In this document: positions 35,142-44,100 of the stretch, piece by piece
How the letters are laid out: every line of letters starts with the position of its first letter
Position numbering within the stretch: the first letter of the stretch is position 1
Virus record (IMG/VR): IMGVR_UViG_3300009182_000002
Location: 33,730-97,729 of that record
Length of the DNA stretch: 64,000 bases
Reading direction: 5' to 3' (one strand)
DNA from: a virus
The notes under the pieces: model-generated
What the model was told of the DNA's origin: nothing
What the model saw: only the letters and a program-made list of their open reading frames with translations
Database searches by the model: none
Position numbers and translations under genes: made by a program

Positions 35142-35331
35142 CTCCTCTGGTGGGAATAATGACGCATGGGTTCTATGCGGGATAATGCCGACATATGAAT
35201 ACCGGCATGTTGGTGCCGGTTAAGGCGCTTTGCCTGCATTCTGATACAGGAAACTGCACAAACCGGCACGGTTGTGCCGGGCGGAACCGTACCGTTTTTG
35301 GTACGGTTCTGCCACAGATAACGGGCCTGAT

Positions 35332-35508
35332 TCACGGCTGGCTCCTCCTGAAGGTGATGAGCGTCTGTCGCACCCAGATGTCCAAGGTCTTGCGCCTTCT
35401 GTCTCCCCAAAGCAGGAACCCGAACTGGCCACCCCCGCGATAGCCGCGCACGATAACGTGCAGCGGTCCGAAGACGTAGTCCTCGCGCTTCATCTTCTCC
35501 TTCTTCAT
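35332..35508 (-). CDS. Small hypothetical protein
   Basis: ATGA overlap with the primase stop. Confidence 0.55.
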   Translation of the reverse strand: MKKEKMKREDYVFGPLHVIVRGYRGGGQFGFLLWGDRRRKTLDIWVRQTLITFRRSQP

Positions 35509-36464
35509 GCCAGCGCCATCTTTCCGAGTACGCAGTGGCGGGCCTCGCGCACGCCACGGCTGATGTGCATGTCGTCCATGTCCCCGACGTCCTTGGCTTT
35601 GATCCCGCTGTAGTTGAGAAAGCGGCACTCAAACCCAATCTTTCGAGACTGGGCCAAGAGGAACTCGCTCGCTTTTCTCCCAGCGAGGTCGTTATCAAAT
35701 GCGATAACAAGATCGTCCGCTGACAGCATCAGGGCGATCTGCTCGCGACTGATCGATGCGCCGAACGTCGCCACTCCCCCGGCTACACCGGCTGTGGTCA
35801 GACGCACAACGTCCAGCGGTGATTCGACAACGATCATCGTTCCTCCCGTCCACACATCAAGACCAAACATCGTGCGGCTCTTCGCAATTCCAGCGGGACG
35901 GTTGCGGAAGTGCCGGGTGCGGTGGCCCTTCTCCTGCCAGCCCATCAGAGCCCCTGATACCGCATCGCGTATCGGCGTGATCCACGCCTCCTTGGAACGG
36001 TCCCAGAGGACCCCGTGATGAGCGCAGGCCTCCTCGTCAAGGTTGCGGTCGTCAAGGGCTGTCAAGGGTGGTGGGTCGAACAGTGACAGTCGGGCCTCCG
36101 ACATCTCCACCGGCTTGAACGGCATCGCGTGCTTGGTAGCGGAGTTGAGTCGATCCACCATCGCCGCGAGGTCAACCTCGTGAGAGGAAGACAGCCAACC
36201 CTTGGCCGCTGACCAGTCAGGTGCTCCTGAGTCTGTGAAGAGGTCACGCTGAAAAGCGACAAGGTAGAGCAGCCCACCTTTGAATCCGCAAGAGAAGCAG
36301 TGATGCATGCCGCTCTCCGCGTTGAACGACCACGACGGGTTGCCGTCTTCTCTTCCGGTTCGGTCAAGGTGCCCGGGGCACCTCGCGGACAGTTCGTCGC
36401 CGCGAGCGCTCTCAACCTCAACCCCCAGTTGGCGCAGCAGCGCCTCGCCCTCCTCCGGGGTCAT
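35505..36464 (-). CDS. dnaG: DnaG-type DNA primase (Zn finger + TOPRIM)
   Basis: CP.H...S.S...CFSC, VVES..D, FDND.AG, KD.GD. Confidence 0.9.
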   Translation of the reverse strand: MTPEEGEALLRQLGVEVESARGDELSARCPGHLDRTGREDGNPSWSFNAESGMHHCFSCGFKGGLLYLVAFQRDLFTDSGAPDWSAAKGWLSSSHEVDLAAMVDRLNSATKHAMPFKPVEMSEARLSLFDPPPLTALDDRNLDEEACAHHGVLWDRSKEAWITPIRDAVSGALMGWQEKGHRTRHFRNRPAGIAKSRTMFGLDVWTGGTMIVVESPLDVVRLTTAGVAGGVATFGASISREQIALMLSADDLVIAFDNDLAGRKASEFLLAQSRKIGFECRFLNYSGIKAKDVGDMDDMHISRGVREARHCVLGKMALA

Positions 36465-36637
36465 GTGAACCACAGCCTCATAGCAATTAGGCACGGGTCC
36501 CACCCAGTGTCTACTTCGTTCTCTTCGTCCGGTGTCATCGGCAGGCCGTTGTGCATCGCGCACACGGGAGTTGACACCCATTTGCGCTCTAGCCCCTCGT
36601 TCAGCCAAGCAATGAACGCCTCGTACTCACTACCCAT
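36461..36637 (-). CDS. 58-aa conserved small protein
   Basis: Translated by hand: MGSEYEAFIAWLNEGLERKWVSTPVCAMHNGLP...DPCLIAMRLWFT; overlaps on both sides. Confidence 0.7.
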   Translation of the reverse strand: MGSEYEAFIAWLNEGLERKWVSTPVCAMHNGLPMTPDEENEVDTGWDPCLIAMRLWFT

Positions 36638-37860
36638 CACGGCTCCTCCTCAAAGACGCCTGCTTCCCAATCCCAGATGAGATCGGTCTCCGCGTAGCCG
36701 CAATTACGGCTCGCAACAACTTTTAGAATCCTTCGGGGGTCGTCTTCAAGGTCAGTGCTTTGAAGACCAAAGATCACGTCAGAATCCTGTAGGAACGAAC
36801 TTGAATAGCCAATAGAATCGGCGCTGACAGCACCCTTCTTCATTTTCCAGAGAAGTACTTGAGTGCTAATGACAATCGGAATGTTTGCTCTCTGCGCGAG
36901 ACGTTTGAGAGACCGAGTGATATTGGTTAATGCAATTGGTGTGTTTTGTTCACCGGTTTGGCTATCAATCATCAAATAAACACCATCAAGGAAGAGCACC
37001 GCTGGGTTCACCGAGTTGACCTTGGCAGCGATGGCATCCACTGTCAGCCCGGTCACTGAGTCGGTGAGCAGGAAGCCGTTCTCCATCTTCCCTGTGCGCT
37101 TGAGCATCTTCTTGTAACGCTCGGTCTCATCAACGGCGAGTTGACCTCGCGTGAGCCGAGTGTGGGAGACATTCGCACGCATTGCGTCGTGCCGCTGCTG
37201 CTGCTCGTGGTTCGACATCTCGAACGACTGCATCATTAGCGGGTGCCCTTGCTCATGGATCGCGATGGCGATCTGCATCAAAAGCGTGCTCTTGCCCATT
37301 TTTGGAGGAGCCACCACTGTCACCAACTGCCCGGGCTGTAGGCCAGCAGTTGCCTTGTCAATCGTTGGAAAGCCCGTTGGCAAGCCAAGCAACCCAGCCG
37401 GACGGTTCTTGATGTCGAGATAGTCCTCAAATCGAGACATCGGGTCTTCGATGAGATCAACGTCGGACCCGGATGCGATGCCCTCTTCCGCGAGAGTTCC
37501 GACACCAACGCCGAGGATGCGGATGGCAACCTCAGCGTCTCCACCAGTGGCTATGACCTCACTGGCGTCTTGAATGACGCGGATCGTCTCCTGACGACGG
37601 CGGTAAGCAACCAGTTGGTCGATCAGGTAGTCGATGTTGTCCTCGACGTTGAGCAGCCGGTAGTTGGGGTAGTTGTCCTTGACCGTGACAGCAGTCGCGA
37701 CCTCGTTGTACTTGTCCCAGTGGGACTTCAGGAACTTCCAAACCGATCTGTTCTCGTCGCTCGCGAACCAATCCTCTTGGACCCCACGCTCAAGCATTGG
37801 CTTGATGTCCCGGTCTCGAATCGCGCGAGACAGCAGCCTCGTCTCGTTATCCGCCGCCAT
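36637..37860 (-). CDS. dnaB: DnaB-like replicative helicase
   Basis: G..TGF..ID....G.QPG, APPKMGKS, SFEM, LFLDG, LK.LA, QDSD. Confidence 0.92.
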   Translation of the reverse strand: MAADNETRLLSRAIRDRDIKPMLERGVQEDWFASDENRSVWKFLKSHWDKYNEVATAVTVKDNYPNYRLLNVEDNIDYLIDQLVAYRRRQETIRVIQDASEVIATGGDAEVAIRILGVGVGTLAEEGIASGSDVDLIEDPMSRFEDYLDIKNRPAGLLGLPTGFPTIDKATAGLQPGQLVTVVAPPKMGKSTLLMQIAIAIHEQGHPLMMQSFEMSNHEQQQRHDAMRANVSHTRLTRGQLAVDETERYKKMLKRTGKMENGFLLTDSVTGLTVDAIAAKVNSVNPAVLFLDGVYLMIDSQTGEQNTPIALTNITRSLKRLAQRANIPIVISTQVLLWKMKKGAVSADSIGYSSSFLQDSDVIFGLQSTDLEDDPRRILKVVASRNCGYAETDLIWDWEAGVFEEEP

Positions 37861-38267
37861 CAAACCCTCCCAAGGTCGTAGTACTTGCTGCCGTAGCGGA
37901 AAGCCCGCTCTGGCAGATCGATGACTCCCAACAACTCCGGGCGGTACGGCATTTCATCCACCAATTGCTGCACTGAGTCGTAGGCGCTCGCCCATCTGAA
38001 CGGGTTGAGGCCGATGCGCTCAAGGTCCTCCATCACGCTGTCCATGTCGTCCTGCGAACAGTCGGTGTCGAACAGTTCAAGGTTCACGCCGTTTCGAGAC
38101 GTGAAGAGCCAAAAATGATTGAGAACGAGCCGGTCGTAATACGCCCGCTGACGAGTGACCGGAATCATCCCAAGGATCTTCGTCACCTCCGGGCGTCGTT
38201 GAACCACGACGTCCAGATGGACGAGAACCCGGGGTGGTGTGCCGTTGTCGATATCGCCCCCCTGCAT
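37860..38267 (-). CDS. Hypothetical protein (degenerate HAD-like)
   Basis: MQGGDI start; VLVHLDVV; TGATG overlap with dnaB. Confidence 0.6.
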   Translation of the reverse strand: MQGGDIDNGTPPRVLVHLDVVVQRRPEVTKILGMIPVTRQRAYYDRLVLNHFWLFTSRNGVNLELFDTDCSQDDMDSVMEDLERIGLNPFRWASAYDSVQQLVDEMPYRPELLGVIDLPERAFRYGSKYYDLGRV

Positions 38268-38269
38268 GT

Positions 38270-38539
38270 CTATATAACCTCGACTCTGGCGTACTTCACG
38301 ACGAGATCGCGGAACTTGCGAGGGTTCTTCTGTGCGCGCTGAATCTCTCGGTCGCTTGCCCGTGTGGACACCCGCACCGGGTAGTTCCCGCCGTTGTCCT
38401 GAGCCTTCTTCTGGACGAAGCGGCAGTGCGAGCACATCTCCTTGCCACAGGAGCAGCGGTACTTGCCAGCGGAGTCTGTCTCCACCTCGAAAACGCCGTT
38501 CTGTGTCAGAAAGAACTGAACCGTCCGCCACTCGTTCAC
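38270..38539 (-). CDS. SWIM-type Zn-finger protein
   Basis: CSC....C.H. Confidence 0.65.
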   Translation of the reverse strand: MNEWRTVQFFLTQNGVFEVETDSAGKYRCSCGKEMCSHCRFVQKKAQDNGGNYPVRVSTRASDREIQRAQKNPRKFRDLVVKYARVEVI

Positions 38540-38542
38540 TAC

Positions 38543-39244
38543 TCACCTCTGCTTCGTCCGACGCCGGTCACCCTCTACAGACATGATCCCTAAAGGTACG
38601 AAGGCTTCGTGAGCGAAACTGCCCATGGCTTCGCCGTAGACGTCGTCCCAGTCACGAAGAGGGACGTTGGTAGTGACGATTGTTGGCCATCCTTCATCAA
38701 ATCGGGCTCGAAGAAGGTGGTCGAACATCGTTTCAGCCCACCGATTGGCGTGCCGGTACTCCTTGCCAAGGTCGTCAACAACAAGCAATCGAACGGCGTT
38801 CTCGGCGGTGTGACCGAAAAGTGACCTGAGAGTCCTGTCCGCTCCCTCGTCGTTATCCATCCGGTCTTTCATCAACTGGAGGATCTCGGGGTACGAGAGG
38901 TAGTAGGCCGGGCGGGTCAGGCGGCGATCCTTGGCACCCCACTGCTCTGGGGTGAGGGTCCGGATCACATCCTGCAAGATCGCGCAGGAGAGAGTCGTCT
39001 TACCGGTACCGGGCTTGCCGACCAGCAGAAGCCCCTTGCCGCAGGTAGCAAGACCCTCAGCGCGGAGAATCTTGCCCTCGCGGAGAGAAATCAGCCACTG
39101 CTCAATGGCGGGCAGTGTCGCTGGGGCCGCATAGCCAGCGGGGTCCAAGTCGGCCATTTCGAGGCCCCAGAACCGCCGTGGGACGTTTGAAGCGACAATC
39201 TGGGACCTGAGGCTGGGTTGGAGGTCTTCTCGTCTGTACGTCAT
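38543..39244 (-). CDS. DnaC/IstB-like helicase loader ATPase
   Basis: GKPGTGKT, LLVVDDLG.E, R....PTI.TTN. Confidence 0.88.
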   Translation of the reverse strand: MTYRREDLQPSLRSQIVASNVPRRFWGLEMADLDPAGYAAPATLPAIEQWLISLREGKILRAEGLATCGKGLLLVGKPGTGKTTLSCAILQDVIRTLTPEQWGAKDRRLTRPAYYLSYPEILQLMKDRMDNDEGADRTLRSLFGHTAENAVRLLVVDDLGKEYRHANRWAETMFDHLLRARFDEGWPTIVTTNVPLRDWDDVYGEAMGSFAHEAFVPLGIMSVEGDRRRTKQR

Positions 39245-40185
39245 CCTGAGAGCCTCCTGAGGGCCTCCTGCGCCATGGTCTCGGCGTCATCGACAGTGAT
39301 TGCGGACATATCGGGCGTTACACCCGACCTGATGCGTGAGGTCTCCTTCACGGTCGGAATGAACGCGAGGAACCTCTTCCAGAGAGGAGCGCCGAACCCG
39401 ACCCGGTGAAGGTTGCGGGGATCTTTGAAGAACAGGTCGATGAGGATCGGGCCTTCGGCTGGGGTGATCTCATTCGCGCGCATCTTGCTCCCGAGGATCT
39501 TCCGCAGGTGTACGGCCCCCAGTTGCCCACTGTGGGCATTGGGGTCCGGTACGGCTTCGCGCACCCGGTCTCCGAACTCGCTCGCCATATCGCCAGCAGT
39601 CCACTTGTCGGGTTGCTTAGCAGCCCTCTTGAGCCGTATCGCCTCAAGTTTCGAGAGGCCGCTGACGTCCGGGCCATCTGGGATCTCTGCGCTCCCGAAG
39701 AGGTCCTTGAAACTCTCCACCTCACTCCCCTTTTCCACTTCGTGCGCGCTCGGCGCGCACAAGAGGAGATCTACTCCGTTAGGAGTAGATCTACTCTTCA
39801 ACAGTCCTTGGTCACTATTGGCTATATGACTATTGACGCCTGAAAACCCGCTTCTAGGTGCTGGAAACCCGCTTCTAGGTGCTGGAAACCCGTCGGCTGG
39901 AAACCCGCCGGAAAGCGCTGAAAACCCGCGCGCCTCGCTGGAAACCCGAATTGTCCGCCAGCGTTCGTCCGTGTTCGGAACGCGGTCACGCCGTGACAGG
40001 ATGTAGCCAGCATCGATCAACTCTCGGAGCGCGGCACGCATGGCGTCACGTCCCTCTTTGCCGATTGAGGACAACTCCTCGGCGTTCATCACCCGACCCT
40101 CGGAGACCACCCGAAGGAGGACTCCGAGGGCACGGTGAGACAGCGACTGGTCACGTAGTGCCAGCCCGATGAGTTCATCGTTCAC
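39241..40185 (-). CDS. Replication initiator (N-terminal wHTH)
   Basis: LS..ALG.L...EGRDA.R.AL.EL...GY; directly upstream of the DnaC-like gene; internal iterons. Confidence 0.75.
   Translation of the reverse strand: MNDELIGLALRDQSLSHRALGVLLRVVSEGRVMNAEELSSIGKEGRDAMRAALRELIDAGYILSRRDRVPNTDERWRTIRVSSEARGFSALSGGFPADGFPAPRSGFPAPRSGFSGVNSHIANSDQGLLKSRSTPNGVDLLLCAPSAHEVEKGSEVESFKDLFGSAEIPDGPDVSGLSKLEAIRLKRAAKQPDKWTAGDMASEFGDRVREAVPDPNAHSGQLGAVHLRKILGSKMRANEITPAEGPILIDLFFKDPRNLHRVGFGAPLWKRFLAFIPTVKETSRIRSGVTPDMSAITVDDAETMAQEALRRLSG
39742..39948. repeat. Putative replication origin: six CTGRAAACCCG iterons plus two palindromes
   Basis: Copies at 39840, 39861, 39882, 39897, 39918, 39938; palindromes at 39742-39760 and 39767-39792. 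Confidence 0.7.
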
Positions 40186-40829
40186 TGCTGAACGGTCTCC
40201 CCGATCACACCCGCGATGAGGGACTCCCCGAACTCCGTCATGTGCTGACGGACGATCCCGGCGATCTCGGCGCTTGCTGCTTCGATCACGCGGTTGATGG
40301 CCTTCTGAAGCCGCTCGGTCTCGTAGAAGACGTTCTCCACCGGATCGGCTTCGACGTAGACGGTGGGGAACTCGTCGCCTGAAGGCATCTCGTCCTCGTC
40401 GTCTTCCTCGTCGCTCATCAACTCCGACATGTCCAGCAGGTCGTACACCTTCGCGTTGCGTATAAGCGCACGCTCTGCGAGCACCTCGCTGGAGTTGTCC
40501 TCGTCGTCCCACGCGATTAGGAGGACCGATGAGGAGTCAAGGGAGTTGATGGTCGCCATGTAAGCGTCGTCAACGACCTCTTCCCGAACTGCCGACTGAA
40601 CGACGGAGTCCTGACGCTCGTCCAACTCCTCAGTGTCGAGGAACACGTTGAACGGGTGGTTGTGGGCCTGCGCCCACTCGGCCACCCAGAGGGCGACCTT
40701 GGACTGCTTCTCTGAAATCGGGATGACGAAACGGAACCCACCCTCGATGTCTCCAGTGAATTTCTCGATGTTGCTGATCGCAGCGGAACGGGCCATTCGC
40801 CCGTGCCCAAGAATCGCGATGTTCTGCAT
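40182..40829 (-). CDS. Acidic Rossmann-like hypothetical protein
   Basis: SD GGAGG; IAILGHG, LLIAWD. Confidence 0.7.
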   Translation of the reverse strand: MQNIAILGHGRMARSAAISNIEKFTGDIEGGFRFVIPISEKQSKVALWVAEWAQAHNHPFNVFLDTEELDERQDSVVQSAVREEVVDDAYMATINSLDSSSVLLIAWDDEDNSSEVLAERALIRNAKVYDLLDMSELMSDEEDDEDEMPSGDEFPTVYVEADPVENVFYETERLQKAINRVIEAASAEIAGIVRQHMTEFGESLIAGVIGETVQQ

Positions 40830-40862
40830 TGTCCACCTCCAATAGGTCTGGGGGTGTCATTC

Positions 40863-41114
40863 TTACAGGCGCGTCCCGCCTCGGCGCAACTCTGTCGGCG
40901 TGTCGCGGTTGGTCAGGCTCATCGCGAACGCTCCCAAGAAGGCTGCGGCCAGAGTCTCGGGGATGGCGATGACGTTCCACCCGGTGACGATCAGGACGCT
41001 TATCAACGCAGTGACGCTGCCAGCGACTGCTCTGACCAACGGGTTTTGAACCCAGTAGTCCAACACCGACAGGACGAATGCTGCTGCCAGCCCGGCGATG
41101 AGCACGCTCTCCAT
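40863..41114 (-). CDS. Multi-TM membrane protein (holin candidate)
   Basis: About three hydrophobic helices; at the end of the tail operon. Confidence 0.55.
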   Translation of the reverse strand: MESVLIAGLAAAFVLSVLDYWVQNPLVRAVAGSVTALISVLIVTGWNVIAIPETLAAAFLGAFAMSLTNRDTPTELRRGGTRL

Positions 41115-41124
41115 GGCAACGAAC

Positions 41125-44100
41125 CTAGTAGACGGTGGACACGTAGGTCTGGGTGAATGTCGGGTCAATTGACGAAACCGGGGTCGAGTTGTCGATCAGG
41201 CCGTTGAACGTGATCCGGTATGGGATTCCGATAGCAACGTTGTTAGGGATCTCGGACCTCAGGTAGTTGATCGCTGTGTTGATATGGGCGCTCGTGTTGT
41301 CCGATACCGCCGACGTCGGAAGGGTTCGCCCGGTCATCGTGGTGGAAAGGTTCGTCGTCCCGGTCCATCCGGCGAAGTAGGGCGCGATGTTGAAATTGGA
41401 ACCCGAGTAGGAGTTTCCATCGAAGTACGACATGAGAACGTCACCGCTCTCCACCAACCAAGAGTCGGTGTAGTACGCCGACCCATAGACAGGCTGCGTA
41501 CCCATCGTCCGAGCGGTGATCCTAGGAACGAGGTCAGTAGCAAGAGGCATGTTGAAGGTAACCGAAGTTCGCTGCCAAATCGAGTCCGAGCCGATAGATG
41601 CGGATTCAAATGCGGTCACCTCGGGTGCGGACGCGAGCGTAAACGTCGGGCACGTCACGTACACGGTCTTACCGCACATGTCCTCGGTCATGTTGTTGGC
41701 ATAGATGGTCAGGACCGCAGCAGCGACCGCACGGGTCACCGAGACCGTTGGGTTGGTAGAGCGCAGCGCTGCCGAACTCGTTGACGTTCCGGCGGTGTAG
41801 GTGAACGTGGTCGGAGAGGTAACGCTGACCACCGCGTAGGAACCGTCGTAGTTGGAGTCGCCGACTGCCACTGTCACAGTCTCTCCAACGAGCAGACCGT
41901 GGTTTCCAGATGTAGTGATGGTTCGGGTCGTGGTGCTGGATGTGCCTGCCGTGATGGTCGTTGTCTTGGAGTTGGTCCTACCGCTAGCCGCAGCCGTGGT
42001 TGAGACCCATGAGTAGTCACGGCTATTGGTACTGGGAAACACGATTGTTAGGGCATCATCCAAAGTTTCCTCAAGGAAATCACCTGCTGAGTCGTACCAC
42101 CTGACCGAAGCGCCAACTGCTGCCGCTACAGATGGGAGGCGAACCCAAGCACCAGCCCGATAAGTAGACCCGGCGGATACGGAGACCCGACCAAGGTTTC
42201 CACTGTCGGCAGTTCTTGGAAAATAGACGCCTGAGCGGTAGCCGCGAACGTTGTTAAGGATGTCGGCGTTGTTTGCAAGCGTCACCGCAACAGCGGGCTG
42301 CTGGTCGTACCATTCGGTTTTAGAAGTTAGCCATGATGCAGAGGTCGTAGTGCCGGTGTTGCTAGGGCCATCGCAGTACGCAACCGGACTGGCGGGAGGA
42401 TTGGAAACGGAGGCGTTCGTGGTGCTGGGCGTGAACTCGTAGTTCGAGTAGCCGTTGGCATAACCGTCCAGAAGCAGTCTTACTGAGGTGTTGTAGGCGC
42501 TGGAATTGCTAGCGAGAAAGTAGGCGCTGGCAGTGTAGGTGCCTGTACTTGGAACCTGTACAAACGCCGTACCGATCTTGTTGTTCAAAGCAACGCCCAC
42601 AGTTCCAGCAGCGCTCGCCTGCGTCGCCCCACTCGAATTCGTTACCGTGAATGTGGTGCTTGATGGAACTGTCGCAACGGTGAAGGTCCCGTTGTTACCG
42701 CTGGTTGTTGCGCTAGCAATCACCACCGTCTGACCAGCAATGAGCCCGTGGGCAGCGCTGGTCGTCACAGTGACGGTTGGCGTCGAGAAGGCAATAGACG
42801 AGATGTTGAACGAGGTGCTGCCGACCGTCAGGGCGTAAGCCTTGGTGCCAAGGCGGAAGGACGAGGAACTGACCGCCGCCGTGTTCGGGGATGTCGCTGT
42901 GAGAGACCTGCCAGTGACAGTGCTGGTAGTCAGGGTTGCGTTGCTAGACGACGACGTTCCGGCAGTGTAGGTGAGCGTCGTGCTGGTTGGAACGCTGACC
43001 ACTGCGAACGTTCCGTCGTAGTTGGCATCTCCGAAAGCAACCGTGACGTTCTGCCCGGAAAGGAACCCGTGTGCGCTGGAGGTCGTGATCGTGCGAGTCG
43101 TTCCAGAAGACGTGCCGGATGACGCGGTGGCTACGCGCTCAGCCTCGAACGAGGGAGTGGTCATCAGGTTAATTCGCGGGGGTCCCCACGTAGCGGACGA
43201 TGGTGGCGAGAAGAGGTCGATGCTGACGAGGTTTGGAGACTGGTAGTTGTACGCGGTCTCTCCAGCGGTGACCATGAACCGGCGGAAGTAATGCGTCAGG
43301 GTGGTGTCGCTTGCAACTGGTAGTGACCGCACAGACAGGTACTTGGTTCGCGCTGGAGTGGTGAACGTTGCGTAGTTCTTGGTCCAAGTGAGGGCCGTGT
43401 ACGTCGTAGTAGCCGCAGAGTTGTAAATCGTTGTGGCGTCTTCATAAGCCACTGCGGCAGCCTCATACTGCGCCGCAGTGGAGTTACCCAGCGTGTACTT
43501 GCTGATGTAGGTACCGCTGGCGTCGAAGAACGCGATCTCGGTGGTCGGAGAGACCTGACCACTAGATGGGGTGGCGGACATCGTGCCCTCGTACGAAAAC
43601 GTGTACTTACTGTACTCAGACACGGGCACGCCGTTACCAACGGCGAATGGGTTCCTTCGCCCGGGGATCGCCGCAAGGAGGTTGTAGGGCGAGCCAGTTC
43701 CGAAGAACGTGCTGTAGGCGCTAGGCGTGATGTCTGACTCAAGAGTCACAGTCACGGCGGTTGGTCCGGGGATGGCAGTGACGACCATCGAGGGGTTAGT
43801 GCTCGTATTGTCGTACGGGAAGCCCGAAGTCATCGTCACGATGTCACCGCGCTCCAGCCCATGAGGCACTGCCGTTGTCAGCGTGTATACCCTGTTGCTG
43901 ACGTAGGCGCTTGGACTTACTCTCGAAACGGCGACGCCGTAGCCAAGATGCACGCAGGGGTTGCTAGCGGACCCCGGGGTCATCGAGAGTGCCTTCGCAC
44001 CTGACGTTGCTAGGTCTCCGTTGGCTGGTGTTTCGGGTGCGACGTACGCGACGGCGCTGACGCTGTCTCCACCGGTAAACGATCCGGAGGGAGTGATGCT

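Noticed and set aside
35129-35710. 193-aa minus-strand ORF
   Set aside because: Overlaps the primase and the 35332-35508 gene out of frame; the remainder has atypical composition and coincides with the palindrome cluster
9930-37860. Inteins or introns in nrdJ, recA, polA or dnaB
   Set aside because: Lengths are normal and motifs contiguous; no C..HN splice signatures or homing endonuclease seen
39840-39948. CRISPR array (a Cas4-like gene is present in the window)
   Set aside because: Repeats are 11 nt with 4-10 nt spacers, partly identical and inside a CDS; stand-alone Cas4-like nucleases are common in phages
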